64,000 bases of DNA from a virus (lineage: Duplodnaviria > Caudoviricetes), in the IMG/VR virus record IMGVR_UViG_3300021255_000062, positions 61,901 through 125,900 of that record; one strand, 5' to 3'. Both the position numbers and the translations under genes were made by a program. Shown one piece after another: positions 13,001 through 21,698 of the stretch. The notes beneath the pieces are model-generated. The model saw nothing but the letters and a program-made list of their open reading frames with translations. It was not told where the DNA came from and made no database searches. Numbering within the stretch: the first letter of the stretch is position 1; every line of letters begins with the position of its first letter.

Positions 13001-14908
13001 TTTATTAACAATAGAGAAAAATCCTGTTAAACCGTCTACTCCCGCCTTTAAAATTTTATTATTCATTAGCCCCATCGTAAATTGATTCCAAGCATTTTTC
13101 AGCTGATTCAATTTAGATGACATTGAATCCATGGTTTTTTCAAACTGTTTCTGAGATGCGCCTGCACTATTATTAGCCTCTTCAACCAGTTCCATAGTAC
13201 GATCATAGTTACTCATCATCGCAATAAAACGAGATTGCTGTCTAGAACCTGCTGCGGTTGTAGCGATATATCTCTGCTGACCTTGACTTAAAGAGTCCCA
13301 TTTTTCAGAAATTTCTAAAAATACATCATCAAGATCTCTAAATTCACCCTTAGTATTAGTAAGAGATACACCTATGGTTTTTAAGGCAGTATCGACCTTA
13401 TTAACGTCCATGGCAACGCCTTCAGAATCCACTAGCTTGGTGGGGTCTTGTTTCATCTCCTGGAATCGCGCGATAATAGTTTTCATCGCTGTACCAAGAT
13501 TTTCGGGTGCCTCTCGAGTCGTTTCAATCATTTGAGCCAAGAAAGCTGAGGTTGTTTCAAAATCCATATTGGCAGAATTCGCAAGAGAAGCTGTTTTTTC
13601 CATCGCAGTACCGAGCTCTTGTGTATTTGAAGCAGTAATTGCTGCTAACTTAGAATACACATCATTAATTCTTTGTGCCGATACTTGATTGATTTCCATA
13701 TTGAAACCACGAAGTGCAGCGGTCATCATATCCGTAGCTTCTGCTGCATCCATACCCGCGATACGAGCCATTTTAAGAGTCTCATTGGCAAGACCCATAG
13801 CTTGATTTTGATTTAATCCCTGTTGATAGTAAAGAGTTGCAGCATCATATACGTCTTTAATAGTTGACCCTAACTGATTTGCTTGTGCAGTATAAGTAGG
13901 AAGCATCTCCCACATATCACCAACGTCAAAATTAGTTACAACCGCTGTTTCAGTCATAGCCTGGTCTAATTCTTTAACAGTATTAAAGGCACTTTTAGCA
14001 ATATTACCAACCTTTCGAATCATTTGTGACAAGCCAAAATAACTTTGAACTTGACGATCTATCATTTGAACTTGTCTATTAAAATCAAATTCTTTATCAT
14101 GTATATTTTGTAAAGATTTGACAACACTTTCGGCGCCCTGTTCGGTATCCCTTAAACCTTTTTGAACGTCACCGAAAGCAGACATACCCTTAGAGCCAGT
14201 AGAAATTAATTCATTATTAAGTTCTGTTATCTTGCCCATTAAGGGAGCGGCAGATTTTTCCGCAGCTTCAAGTTCAATTCGCATATCTCGGAGAGAGTTA
14301 CCCCATTTTAGATCTGTATTTTCAGACATTTGAGATTTAAAGCGAGCATAGTGATTCTCTAATTCAGTAAGAGCCTCTCTAGCTTTTACCAGACCATCTG
14401 GCCCTCCACCCGTTAAACCTTCTTGAAAAACATTAAGCAATCCGTCCGGCCCAACAATTTTATTGGACTTGGTCAATCCTCTAATTTGCTCTAATGGTCC
14501 GGTTATTTTACTTGGGTCAACCTTAATTTTATCTAATTCTGCCTGCACGCCTCTAATTTTATTAGTGATAGAAGCGAAAGCACCTTCATCTAATTTAAAA
14601 AGCTCCTTAAAATCCTTAGGCTTTATTTTATTAAAATCATTAACAATTTTCTGATAGGAGCTTAACATCGAACTTAAACTCCTATTTACAGCATTATTAT
14701 CCCCTTGAGTTTTAATTCCACCCGAAAGCTTTTGCTGATATCTATCATATTCCCTCATAAAGTTAGAAATATTTTGAGTTAAATTATTTCCTAACTTATC
14801 AGGTACTTTTAACTTAGTCAATGCCCTTTGGACACTATTGACGTTACTTACAACGTCACTAAAATCGCCTATACCTTTTATGGTAATACCAATAACTTGA
14901 TCGGCCAT
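4079..14908 (-). CDS. Tail tape measure protein (3609 aa)
   Basis: TP901-type core (VKELDQAMTETAVVT...AAGSRQQSRF..LKNAW), long helical regions, C-terminal FATGG...GTPSKPELVLN; lies after the tail genes. Confidence 0.92.
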   Translation of the reverse strand: MADQVIGITIKGIGDFSDVVSNVNSVQRALTKLKVPDKLGNNLTQNISNFMREYDRYQQKLSGGIKTQGDNNAVNRSLSSMLSSYQKIVNDFNKIKPKDFKELFKLDEGAFASITNKIRGVQAELDKIKVDPSKITGPLEQIRGLTKSNKIVGPDGLLNVFQEGLTGGGPDGLVKAREALTELENHYARFKSQMSENTDLKWGNSLRDMRIELEAAEKSAAPLMGKITELNNELISTGSKGMSAFGDVQKGLRDTEQGAESVVKSLQNIHDKEFDFNRQVQMIDRQVQSYFGLSQMIRKVGNIAKSAFNTVKELDQAMTETAVVTNFDVGDMWEMLPTYTAQANQLGSTIKDVYDAATLYYQQGLNQNQAMGLANETLKMARIAGMDAAEATDMMTAALRGFNMEINQVSAQRINDVYSKLAAITASNTQELGTAMEKTASLANSANMDFETTSAFLAQMIETTREAPENLGTAMKTIIARFQEMKQDPTKLVDSEGVAMDVNKVDTALKTIGVSLTNTKGEFRDLDDVFLEISEKWDSLSQGQQRYIATTAAGSRQQSRFIAMMSNYDRTMELVEEANNSAGASQKQFEKTMDSMSSKLNQLKNAWNQFTMGLMNNKILKAGVDGLTGFFSIVNKIIDTLSRVTGPMKGFTKSFLTLGATLAGLNFAKKFTRGSIMAGAGWWSNEGNFRKNFTSGFGVNAGPDEAKIQQAYRDKVEKRLSSRAMAPLTAKQPVNVDTVLEHIDSLDLDEQVKTKIKNEIGNDELTVQKRTKVTATLTGMVQNGELSPEQAQGIFNSMKPTESRLDSLTQKTGTFTTSLTQMGIVLQQVGAKMGPFGGMLSAIGSVMTTLGTTLGALSTGFIKNFEAARADALAKQLDAAATQQLTGEEIVQAGTNLTLGNTFKALATSIRSTMVPLLAIIAVIGAAIVIYKALDAAIETDAERMERFTNTAKTASDAYNSLKQESSELNDSLEQIKTNEEAFESLVAGTAEFNEKLTEANHQIDELLLKYPELNNPKYLSTDKNGLKHINEEGVNFIKKQQAQRVGNASALNILQSARLKAEEDRQEAERSQNKINQITGPTNPAAAINNVKIEKTLTAEEEKRVKTLEKEVKLYEDSAKNAENLANQQAISNSLTEVEVGRRDKIAGIYANTYDTALKQAEAEAKFVNKEKQKEAYADFYGYNYDAVSKKVTDQNGEEIDYEKTIKDAFPKISVLTDFNVDGSNLDDVLDTIDRKFSEGLKGTYENSGSLLSDILSSNIDVDRDALKDIVGDPGQLSEAISQLKNEEVAALMRVSPEEVTNASDDKYRKELGDWVQDRAQAILDTERQTYEDLGAMLATSKFDRSELDGEKGQDHATEIAQNYLDKMSSEQVNTLATIGKKLDESAGPEAMRTFLDQASDIYISGDEKQIQKFNDIIEGVTWESPASRLETYTKLINSSDEDLQEMGQTMRETASGANLLGDTFDEFLGSDWTELQENADDFKNAVGEIDGAGILKAAEQSRSLKALLDSGEVSANGLAAALNGIESGKFSTLNESMLKLLSSINRLKDVALEAHNIIQNFDAGIDTGEGEDFVKENAKAVKEYMANNEWGNEQLQNYIKLAAGEDRWTAAINRRHGDVKLATQDLDQYVTKFENGFQAAYDDIMAKKGINGKSIISNIDKAVSEKEISETLGNKFKDLRVRWDKNGFMQWNFGELTTDELETYFQKAYGVSEEYAKLFLQDILNYNETEATKLAANDLKKAITTDDFKDEHKDTNGKLVLSNSEIEMIESAPGGEEALAELAAAAGTSVDALKAHALQVTKDGKAITNYDKLFSEYQKKVFKGKPLYKQEQFLDENKRFDISKVQSDAKQRGMDDEQAIQMAYKAYEQAQNAKKDFSYEGQRLDEGLNLEEFKEQISSMTESSQWVTVGQTIGDQIVNAMKSIDWSALIKKSEESNLNQTTSSQLFGPGFTFGANNVNDKGLQNVYNKTKEENGEATGKDIANAVSSYLAEHRQELSNLNESQQRDAINGIVNKMNEWKIDPESMRKAINDGLGTKFKEGDLTGKEGNVTLNQKALQDQLKNTTFEINATANITDVKSGVQSAKASGQNNPNSAFHRTGTMARGSRGGYTISGRPTLTGEEGEELVWEPKRNEAYMVGSNGPQFANISKDAVVWNADQTKRIKKNSGSVGRVGTGARGITPVGTMAGGTGGTGGLKIPGTGTMDIIGNVIETIEPATKPTVSVIGKLEFGEQEKGNPLSKLFGGNKQGPTVKALVEATSLKVADEAKKIKGVEGSISKIEKNGQVSGEPVKLSGVVTNVTTKTTQSKQQKQTKQQTSQPKNTTSTHTVQTKATNTAQNTINSIKAKLIKIPTAIDNGARNALNALKSKVPHLKVPITADFRGPWTKSVKITKAATGKNNHIQYHSAPTFGSAARGPYGTIGPKDKGGLTLTGEKGYEIAWLPSENRSMILGVGGPQMITLPEDAVVYTHEQSEDILKRKSIDAGSHSGRRKPSKSTNKSSKSSKSSKSSKKSKKSKSSKKGTGSSKDAANVAAISNIVVWWENITRLADAAQRRADKNQKTYEKYLKELRATLKTTGTTGGGNAFIDNTRKAIKLYTDQLNQARKELTNLDKGTAAQQAKKKNANKDAFNAEEGGAVQISYSKGGKKKKTVNKTVATAGYIKEQDGTYVIDQAALNKVKNKDERKALRDALNKEINDRISKRNTAEDNIEKAQEALEKFSEELYNTFFAWENELTRIWNITQRIDQAQSRMSRNDAYEELLKAQLSTGKLAAGAGSKSKDLTNFRSKLETQNQLLEDRQDAIAASQQNLQNILNSGDEKKFLADVNSRLNADAQATQKANKKAKLDQAKQAKTNYDNAVKNREVTQANLDKVQEKINKLNKKKKLSKAQKKELKNLKTQQNNLKKQITDYNKTINDNTALANQINKLQQEYNETASGIALNETQRAGYKQYKEELEKQLSAEDMARRFTNITQRADGTIDIQFDTTAFENERSNGNITSDMAKAVQDWVKKLQEASTDLQKNYEELTKEATEYYTQLESLQDEWANYGKELTEISETYEKEKIDKIKQLSDSVKEALNKLLDDVKGKLDERRKQEENTKTERDISQKQQRLAALRADTSGGNQVEIAQLEKEISEAQQSYQTSLEDQLLDKLQQQADLAAEQRERQIELQETLVDSVNNIEKVNEWMANPEAFGEEIRAAYYSKNDYDEVTKAEREQIETEFNEFYNGLITNQQKQNDLGTKIQSIESIISTIETYVKQQTQTLATAKQDKYTAAQAQKIYGASLSDLRTVGKYTVNDFQQSGYSYQQIKQAGFGASAFKSGNVSYGNAKSAGFTLDELEKGGYTEATVEKTKAAADESAKAAAAAKAEKEAAEKAAAAKAAADKQAKYDAYINKLREVKQIKPASVKKEHINDLFDLGSKAGYGKASVLQHLVDGTGGSDPFTWNNIFKAILGAEGIDRYNLVKTWPDGNGSLASAIKTLKNNPNTYAEIKKHKNYKNATALKFATGGLANYTGPAWLDGTPSKPELVLNSTDTKNFIALRDILSKVIGSTNSSNNSYANSEFNININVDKIADDYDVNRIITKVKKEIVKSAGYRNVAQVRNFR

Positions 14909-14947
14909 CTACTTTCCCTCCAATAAAAAAATGACGCTAATTAAAAA

Positions 14948-15748
14948 TTAACGCCATTCTGAATCCTTATCTATATCATCATCCAAAAAGTATATCTCTA
15001 ATGCTTTTGATTGTTTGCGCGCCCCTGTTGAAAAAGCTGTGGCACTAAACTGTCCCACAACTGGTTGCGCTTTTTTACCTAAAGTGAGATTAAAACCTGA
15101 CGTAATTTTTAATTTTGGAATATAGATAATCGCAGTATGAGTTTCCCCAGTTATATCATCTTTAAATCTCGTTCTACCTTCTAAACTCACATAATTTTCA
15201 AAGATGTCTTCTCCAACGAAACTTACATCTGCGCCATTATCATAAGCATATTCATAATCTACAATAACATCTTTATAAATTAAGGGAGTTTGAAGTGTTT
15301 GTTGATCTACAAAAGTTAGACCTGTCAGTTTCTCACCGGTTTCTTTATTATAAACAAAAATCCATGAATCTATTGGAACATGAGTTAATGTTATTTTTCC
15401 TTCATCATTTGTTTCTAGTTCATCTCGTTGTGCAATTCGCACTATCTGATTATCTTTTAAAGAAATAAGACGCATATTATTCATTAGTGCTAATTGCGTT
15501 TTAGAAAAGACTCCTTGTGTAAAAACTAAATCTACTCCCTCAGTTTTATTCCAAACTACCAACTTACGATTCTGATAGCCACCCTGTGCAGAAGCTTCTT
15601 TATGAATTTCATGAAAGTTAGCAATTAGAATTTTATCAAACGCTGCGATTACCTCTCCTGCAGCGATTTGTTTTCCTTTTATCTCTATAGGATAAGTAGA
15701 TTTTAGTTGCACAAAGTATAGTTCTTGTAAACCAAATTCTTTATCCAT
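14948..15748 (-). CDS. Tail-tube-like structural protein (second copy)
   Basis: N- and C-terminal patterns parallel the adjacent major tail protein (FGLQELYFV vs YGIKEVADV; IYIPKLKI..FNLTL vs FIVPKGKV..VSLTM). Confidence 0.55.
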   Translation of the reverse strand: MDKEFGLQELYFVQLKSTYPIEIKGKQIAAGEVIAAFDKILIANFHEIHKEASAQGGYQNRKLVVWNKTEGVDLVFTQGVFSKTQLALMNNMRLISLKDNQIVRIAQRDELETNDEGKITLTHVPIDSWIFVYNKETGEKLTGLTFVDQQTLQTPLIYKDVIVDYEYAYDNGADVSFVGEDIFENYVSLEGRTRFKDDITGETHTAIIYIPKLKITSGFNLTLGKKAQPVVGQFSATAFSTGARKQSKALEIYFLDDDIDKDSEWR

Positions 15749-15815
15749 CTATTTAGTTCCTCATAAAAACAAAACGGAGGAGCTTACCGCCCCTCCGCCA
15801 TCAAATTTTATTTAA

Positions 15816-16796
15816 TTAACCTTCGTCTGTAACATTAGCACCCTCAGTTAAAGAAGCACCAGTAATAGTAGAAGCATTAGTAGCATAAGCATCTCTCTGA
15901 TTTGGTCCATTATAATGGTCTAATACAGAAGCTACACCCTTATTAGTACCAGCACCTGTACCTTCAGCACCAAGTGTATACTTAACAAGTTTAATCATGG
16001 AGCCGTCTGTAGCTTTCAGACAGTTAACTGTCATAGAGAAAGTAGCGGGATCTCCATCTGCTTCCATTGTAAGAGAAACGTCCTCAGCAGAAACTTTTCC
16101 CTTCGGAACGATAAACTGAAGGAACTCATCCTTACCAGACTCAAAGTTTCTAGCAAATGTATCACCAGTAATATAATAAGTATTGGCATCAAAATTAGAT
16201 GTAATATCAATAGTAATACCATTAGAAACAATACCATTTGCACTTATCGTTCCATCAGCTCCAACTTTAACTGCATCAAGCAGATCAAAAGTAACAAAAT
16301 CCCAAGCAACAGGGGAAGCCTTTGTAGCATCCTCTACTTTTACCGGAGAAGGAGTTGTTTGGCCACTAGTATAAACAAAATAAGTACATTTTGTTTTATC
16401 AATAGCATAAGTTCCATCTTTAATAGTAAACTTCCAATAAGCAGTAGATCCACTACCAGTTGCAGTAGTAACCTCGCTGAATTTTAAAGTTTTAAGAACC
16501 TCCTGGCTACTACCATTGTCCTTCATAGTACCACCGAACATGATACCAAGAGACTTAGCACTAAACAGAGCGTCCTCAAGTGTCAGTTTAATTTCCTTAT
16601 TTGTATCCCAAGTAAGCAGCTTAACATTACCCTTACCACCTGTGGCATCTACAGTTTCAGCGGACTGCTCAATTGTAGAAACCTTTAAAGAATCAAGGTA
16701 AAGAGCGGGAGCAGAAGGTGCGCCCTTAGAGTCTAACTCATAGAACACTACGTCAGCAACTTCTTTAATACCATATTTATCAAGAATACTCGCCAT
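15816..16796 (-). CDS. Major tail (tube) protein
   Basis: ATGGKGN..LLTWD, LTMEADGDPATFSMT; position in the module; followed by a terminator. Confidence 0.75.
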   Translation of the reverse strand: MASILDKYGIKEVADVVFYELDSKGAPSAPALYLDSLKVSTIEQSAETVDATGGKGNVKLLTWDTNKEIKLTLEDALFSAKSLGIMFGGTMKDNGSSQEVLKTLKFSEVTTATGSGSTAYWKFTIKDGTYAIDKTKCTYFVYTSGQTTPSPVKVEDATKASPVAWDFVTFDLLDAVKVGADGTISANGIVSNGITIDITSNFDANTYYITGDTFARNFESGKDEFLQFIVPKGKVSAEDVSLTMEADGDPATFSMTVNCLKATDGSMIKLVKYTLGAEGTGAGTNKGVASVLDHYNGPNQRDAYATNASTITGASLTEGANVTDEG

Positions 16797-16820
16797 ATTA
16801 AATAGCCTCCTATAATTCTT

Positions 16821-17570
16821 TTAGTCTAAATTTTTAATCCAATATTTCGGTTTAACTTTTTTACTATCCGCGCCAGCTAATAAAGCTCGTATATCAACAT
16901 CATATTCTTCATTCTGTTGATACATAGCTATTAACCACTGTACACACGCATAGCTCATCTCTCCAATATTAAGTGGATTTAAACCAATCCCCATACAACA
17001 AATTGCAGCAAGTAAGGTTCCTAAAGTTGGAGCAGTTTTTGCTTTTTTAGAATTGAGAATTTTTTCACGTTCTTTAATCTTCATTTTCCATCGCTTAACC
17101 CGTGGATCTTCAATTTCTTCATCCTCTGTTAAAACAATAGGTTTTAATCCTATTGATAAGCGTATTTTGTTTTGAAAATCAAAGAAATTTTCTTCTGTTA
17201 TTAATCGAGGATTCTCCAAATCAACATCTGGATCTATTTCTTCCTCTTTTTTACCTATGAGTAGCATTTCAATTTCTGGAACTATAGTAACTGATTCATG
17301 GATAAATAATTCAAAGGCATTTTCTATATAACTTCTCATTTTTTCTTCAGCGTAATAATTCATCATTAGATATTGAAATGGAGTAGGAATATGTTTAACA
17401 GATTCGTCTTTTAAATAAATCTCATCTAATTCTTCTTGTGTAATTGTAAAAATTGACAAATACACATTAAAATTCTCATTGCCAACAACATCATTTACTT
17501 TTGGTGGATAAACCATACAAATATCTTCAAATTTTATTGGGTAGCCAAGAAAAATTTTATCATTAATCAT
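16821..17570 (-). CDS. Virion morphogenesis protein (possible tail chaperone)
   Basis: Position between neck and tail tube genes. Confidence 0.5.
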   Translation of the reverse strand: MINDKIFLGYPIKFEDICMVYPPKVNDVVGNENFNVYLSIFTITQEELDEIYLKDESVKHIPTPFQYLMMNYYAEEKMRSYIENAFELFIHESVTIVPEIEMLLIGKKEEEIDPDVDLENPRLITEENFFDFQNKIRLSIGLKPIVLTEDEEIEDPRVKRWKMKIKEREKILNSKKAKTAPTLGTLLAAICCMGIGLNPLNIGEMSYACVQWLIAMYQQNEEYDVDIRALLAGADSKKVKPKYWIKNLD

Positions 17571-18054
17571 ATGAAGTCAGTGTGAACGTTTGTTCATAAT
17601 CTGAAATTTCTTCAGTTAAAAAGTTCAAATCAAAGTCTCCGCCTGTTAATTTTCCTAGCCCCTCAATTTTTTTATCATTTAAAGATTTTTGAATTTCCCC
17701 CATAATGGCAAAAGGTCTTAAATTAGTTCCCTTAATTATCCATTGAGTCATTGGCACGAAAGTTTCCACATTAACTATAACACTTTTAAACTCACTATTT
17801 GTTACTAAACCACGACCGCGCGAGATACGTATCGCGACTATGGAATGAGCAGTTTCTTTTGGTCCGACACGTGGAACTATTTTAATTAATTTTTCAAATA
17901 TCTCATTCTGTATTTGTTCTTGGGTCAAATCCTCATGACTCAAAGGATCCTTATCGGTATAGTACAATAGCTTTAACAAGTTTTGATTAGCCATAAGTCT
18001 CTTTACTATATATTGCGCGTTTACTCCTATGTCAGAACAATTTCTTACTCCCAT
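17563..18054 (-). CDS. Putative tail terminator/neck protein
   Basis: Synteny; size; LLKLLYY and RPFAIMGEI patterns. Confidence 0.5.
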   Translation of the reverse strand: MGVRNCSDIGVNAQYIVKRLMANQNLLKLLYYTDKDPLSHEDLTQEQIQNEIFEKLIKIVPRVGPKETAHSIVAIRISRGRGLVTNSEFKSVIVNVETFVPMTQWIIKGTNLRPFAIMGEIQKSLNDKKIEGLGKLTGGDFDLNFLTEEISDYEQTFTLTSYD

Positions 18055-18791
18055 TATTCTACACCCCCATTAATCCAAAAGAAGTCATCATCACTATCTC
18101 CTTCTTGTTTTTTAGGTGGGGGAGTCAAATCGCGAATATATTGTGGGTCAACAGACACAAATTCAACACCGGGTGTCGATTGTGTATCATAACCAGTAAC
18201 TACATAGGCTTCTTTAATAGACTCCAATTTTTTACCAGCGTTTACCTCTAAATAATCATCTTTTCTAATGTTTTCATTTAAAGGCATAATAAAGAAACTT
18301 AATTTTAAATTCTCCGTATATAAAACTTTACTTCTACTGCGCGATTTTAATTCATCTTTTAGCATATTATCTTCTTGTCCATAAAAATAAGCCCAAGAAG
18401 TTTGTAATGTGCCTTGTCTATCTTTCCATGAAAGCATATGCGTCATTTTTAATACAATGTATCTATTATATCCACTAGCTTTCATATCTTCTAAATAATA
18501 AATAAGCCATGGTTGTAATTCATTATTTTTATCTGGAATAAAGAGAAGAGTTCCACTCGGCATATCCAAATGAACATTTGTTAGTAAATATTGCATAGTT
18601 TTTGTTTCATTTTGTCTCATCGGAGTTAATTCGCCCTCGCACATTTCATCTCCATATTGAAACTTAACATAATAAACTGATTTCATTAACTGTCGTCGAA
18701 AATTTTCTTCTCTTTGCCCCTGCATGCGAGATTGAAAATCTATTCCGTACCTATTCAACCTCTTTAAATATATATCTTCATAATATCCCAT
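18054..18791 (-). CDS. Putative head closure/neck protein
   Basis: Synteny in the head-tail joining block. Confidence 0.5.
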   Translation of the reverse strand: MGYYEDIYLKRLNRYGIDFQSRMQGQREENFRRQLMKSVYYVKFQYGDEMCEGELTPMRQNETKTMQYLLTNVHLDMPSGTLLFIPDKNNELQPWLIYYLEDMKASGYNRYIVLKMTHMLSWKDRQGTLQTSWAYFYGQEDNMLKDELKSRSRSKVLYTENLKLSFFIMPLNENIRKDDYLEVNAGKKLESIKEAYVVTGYDTQSTPGVEFVSVDPQYIRDLTPPPKKQEGDSDDDFFWINGGVE

Positions 18792-19065
18792 CTTCTACCT
18801 CCTCATATTTAGAAAGTAAAGACATACAATCGAAAATTGTACTTCTAAAATATTCATATCTTAAATATCTTAAAGAAGAGATTTTATGAAACAAAGTATA
18901 ATAGTTTATGGTTCTTTCTTCCGGTTCAAAACCGCTCAATTCAATAAGGATTGAATCTAAGAATTTCTCCCATTCTCTTCCCTTTTCATATTCGCAGAGT
19001 AATCCAAATAATTTATTTTTAAGACTATTTGCATAGCCCTCAGCCATACCAGGAATATACTTCAT
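18778..19065 (-). CDS. Hypothetical protein in neck block
   Basis: Coupled ORF starting MKYIPG. Confidence 0.6.
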   Translation of the reverse strand: MKYIPGMAEGYANSLKNKLFGLLCEYEKGREWEKFLDSILIELSGFEPEERTINYYTLFHKISSLRYLRYEYFRSTIFDCMSLLSKYEEVEDGIL

Positions 19066-19066
19066 T

Positions 19067-19495
19067 TTAATTCTCCGCCAATTCTCCATAAGTAAATGGC
19101 CGTCCTTTGCGAGAACGATAATAAATTCTCTCTAATTTTAATGCTTTATATTCCTCTCTTTCAAGTAACTGTTTTAGCTTATCTATTAAGTTAGCTTGAG
19201 AAAAGTCTCTTTCTACATATAGAGGTTTTACATTTTCCCAAGTAAGAATGGTCCTATTCAACCATTCGCATTTCATGTAAGTTGCAAGAATTTGGATTTC
19301 TTCATTAGCGACATTTTTGTCAACAAACTCGTCTCCATCTATTTCTAAGCTAACCCTAGGAAACTTAAAGTAAGGAATAGCAGCATCCAAAAGGGCGCGC
19401 CAATCTTCTTCTCTTTCTTCTTCTGTCCAATTTAACCATTCGTCTTCCAACATTTTTGCCAAAAAGGCATCATATACATCATAGACTGAAGCCAT
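19067..19495 (-). CDS. Putative head-tail adaptor
   Basis: Synteny; EEIQILATYM..EWL..DFSQANL pattern. Confidence 0.55.
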   Translation of the reverse strand: MASVYDVYDAFLAKMLEDEWLNWTEEEREEDWRALLDAAIPYFKFPRVSLEIDGDEFVDKNVANEEIQILATYMKCEWLNRTILTWENVKPLYVERDFSQANLIDKLKQLLEREEYKALKLERIYYRSRKGRPFTYGELAEN

Positions 19496-19505
19496 TTTAT
19501 TTCTC

Positions 19506-19988
19506 CTATTTGGAATCCGCCCTATCTGCTCTATTTAATTCAATAGCCTTCATTATATCAACATTTATATACTGCTGAATAATATCAGACTTATCATAAT
19601 CCATAATTTCATTAGCAATAGCATATGCAGCTAATTCATTGATCTGTTCAATAGGAAGTTCTTTTATTTTTTGTTTAAACTCAGCTACAGGCATCACTGT
19701 TAAATAACGTTTTCTCTGTGCATCATTTAAAGTAATAATATTGACTGGAGCTTTCGCGCCCTCTGGCTCTAGACCCAGAGCAATTTTAACTTCCATATCA
19801 TCAATTCCAAGGATTCCATTTTTAAATAAATTTTCTACTCCTGGGCTATACATAGCTTCTTCTAACTGCTCAAAAGGAATAACCATTGTGGCGCCCTTTC
19901 TTTCCCAAACTCTTCGAAGTCTTAATTCGGGAACAGTTAAAATAACTCTTTGAGAAACTAAACTTACAACTTTTACCTTTTTATCCAT
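19506..19988 (-). CDS. Hypothetical protein downstream of capsid
   Basis: ORF with AAGGAG SD. Confidence 0.65.
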   Translation of the reverse strand: MDKKVKVVSLVSQRVILTVPELRLRRVWERKGATMVIPFEQLEEAMYSPGVENLFKNGILGIDDMEVKIALGLEPEGAKAPVNIITLNDAQRKRYLTVMPVAEFKQKIKELPIEQINELAAYAIANEIMDYDKSDIIQQYINVDIMKAIELNRADRADSK

Positions 19989-20054
19989 TTTAAATACTCC
20001 TTTTAACTCCAATAATAAAGATGAGGGAGGGTGTACCCCTCCCCATCAATCAAA

Positions 20055-21116
20055 TTATACGTTCGGGTACATTTCTTTATAAGTCTGAGTAATACCTTCG
20101 TTTTTATAAATTCCCCAATTGTGATAAGCAAGGATTGCTGTTCCAAGCTTTCTATAAGTGTGAATTTCCATTGACTGATCAGCATTAACGAAATCCCAAA
20201 TCTGGGTCTGTCCTTCGAACACGACCTTAACAACTCTTTCCCCGCCTGTCGGAAGCACATAAGCAAGCTGCGGGTCAATCCAAGTTTCTACATTGTCGCT
20301 ATCAACAAATGACTGCGGAATTTGAACAATCGGTGTTCCTCTAAATAAATTAATATATCCAGTATTATGAATAGCATCAATATCTTGAGGATGATATACT
20401 CCACCATAGTTACCGTTAGCTGCAACAGGAACAATTGCATCTGCGCCCATAGCAGCGATAAACTCCGGAGGAGCAAAAATAACAGCGCCAGAACCATAAG
20501 CCCTAACAGTTGAAATCAGCTTCATCATCTCTTGTCCGTCGAAATCATTTCCAACTGTAACATTAGCTCTATTATTTGCGGGAACACCCTGTTGACTTAC
20601 AGCCTTACGTAAAGCTCTTTGAACCTCTTGATATACTGCATCAGTTTGAGCTTCTGTCAGTATATTAACAAGTTCAGCCATATCTTCTGCACCATCGAGC
20701 ATTCTTTCAAAATCAATTGTACAAGCTCCACCAATAGCATGAGCGCTTACTTCGAAAGTACTGTTATCAAGTCTAAAACTCTCATAAACTCCAGAAAGAC
20801 CAACTTGAGTAAGGAACTTCTTAGCTCTATTCTTTCCTAATCTTGTTCTAAACAGAGCCTTCTGTCCTTGACCAACCTGTCTAACTTCAGCAAAAATGCC
20901 TACGGCATCAATAACTTTATTGGGTACTACTTCATCAGCAGCCTCAATTATAATTTCGTAAATATCATATCTATTTTTCATAAACTGGTTAACAGAACCA
21001 GCCAGCTCTCTTAAACCCTCAACTAAAGCATCATTAACATTCTCCATTGTATAATTAGCCGGAGCACTATTCTTAGCCGCGTGAAGGGCTAATTCTTTCA
21101 TTTCTTTAATAGTCAT
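20055..21116 (-). CDS. Major capsid protein
   Basis: 353 aa; follows scaffold and decoration genes; followed by a hairpin terminator. Confidence 0.75.
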   Translation of the reverse strand: MTIKEMKELALHAAKNSAPANYTMENVNDALVEGLRELAGSVNQFMKNRYDIYEIIIEAADEVVPNKVIDAVGIFAEVRQVGQGQKALFRTRLGKNRAKKFLTQVGLSGVYESFRLDNSTFEVSAHAIGGACTIDFERMLDGAEDMAELVNILTEAQTDAVYQEVQRALRKAVSQQGVPANNRANVTVGNDFDGQEMMKLISTVRAYGSGAVIFAPPEFIAAMGADAIVPVAANGNYGGVYHPQDIDAIHNTGYINLFRGTPIVQIPQSFVDSDNVETWIDPQLAYVLPTGGERVVKVVFEGQTQIWDFVNADQSMEIHTYRKLGTAILAYHNWGIYKNEGITQTYKEMYPNV

Positions 21117-21132
21117 AATTTATTACCCCCTA

Positions 21133-21684
21133 TTACGCAGTTAATACCTGAAATTTAAATGCAAATTGTCCATCGGGCATTGTTGTTTTTTCTACAGCTT
21201 TTAATACCGGGCCTTTCTCTGGAGCAGTTTTTGTTAAGAGAATGGCACCCTGTCCACTAATACCGCCAAACACATCAGTAGTGGTAAGATCCACTTTTTC
21301 AACCGCATCGTCATCAGCAAAATCAGCATCATATCCAAAGCAATTAGTTGTAAACAGTTCACCAGGTGAAAGGAAACCAAGTCTAGGATAGAATGTACCT
21401 CTTTCAAGAGAGAAATCCTTCAGCGCATTAGCTCTTTCATCATACATATGTTCCGTTGTATAATTAATGGCAACAGGCATAGTTTCAACATTGTCTTCTG
21501 TAGCAAACTTAATAGTTCTATTCACCCTATCAACCGCAAGAAGCATACCGTTTTCAGCCGGTACGTCAGCAAAATCAGTTGCATCTAAAGCACACTGAGC
21601 TTCAACCCTGCCGTCTCTACGGAAGGCTACTTGATTTAATTCCAATTGACCAAAACCGTCAATTACAAATCTTTTAAAGGCCAT
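21133..21684 (-). CDS. Putative capsid decoration/cement protein
   Basis: Lies between scaffold and capsid; ENGMLL..D motif. Confidence 0.55.
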   Translation of the reverse strand: MAFKRFVIDGFGQLELNQVAFRRDGRVEAQCALDATDFADVPAENGMLLAVDRVNRTIKFATEDNVETMPVAINYTTEHMYDERANALKDFSLERGTFYPRLGFLSPGELFTTNCFGYDADFADDDAVEKVDLTTTDVFGGISGQGAILLTKTAPEKGPVLKAVEKTTMPDGQFAFKFQVLTA

Positions 21685-21698
21685 AATAAATCCTCCAT

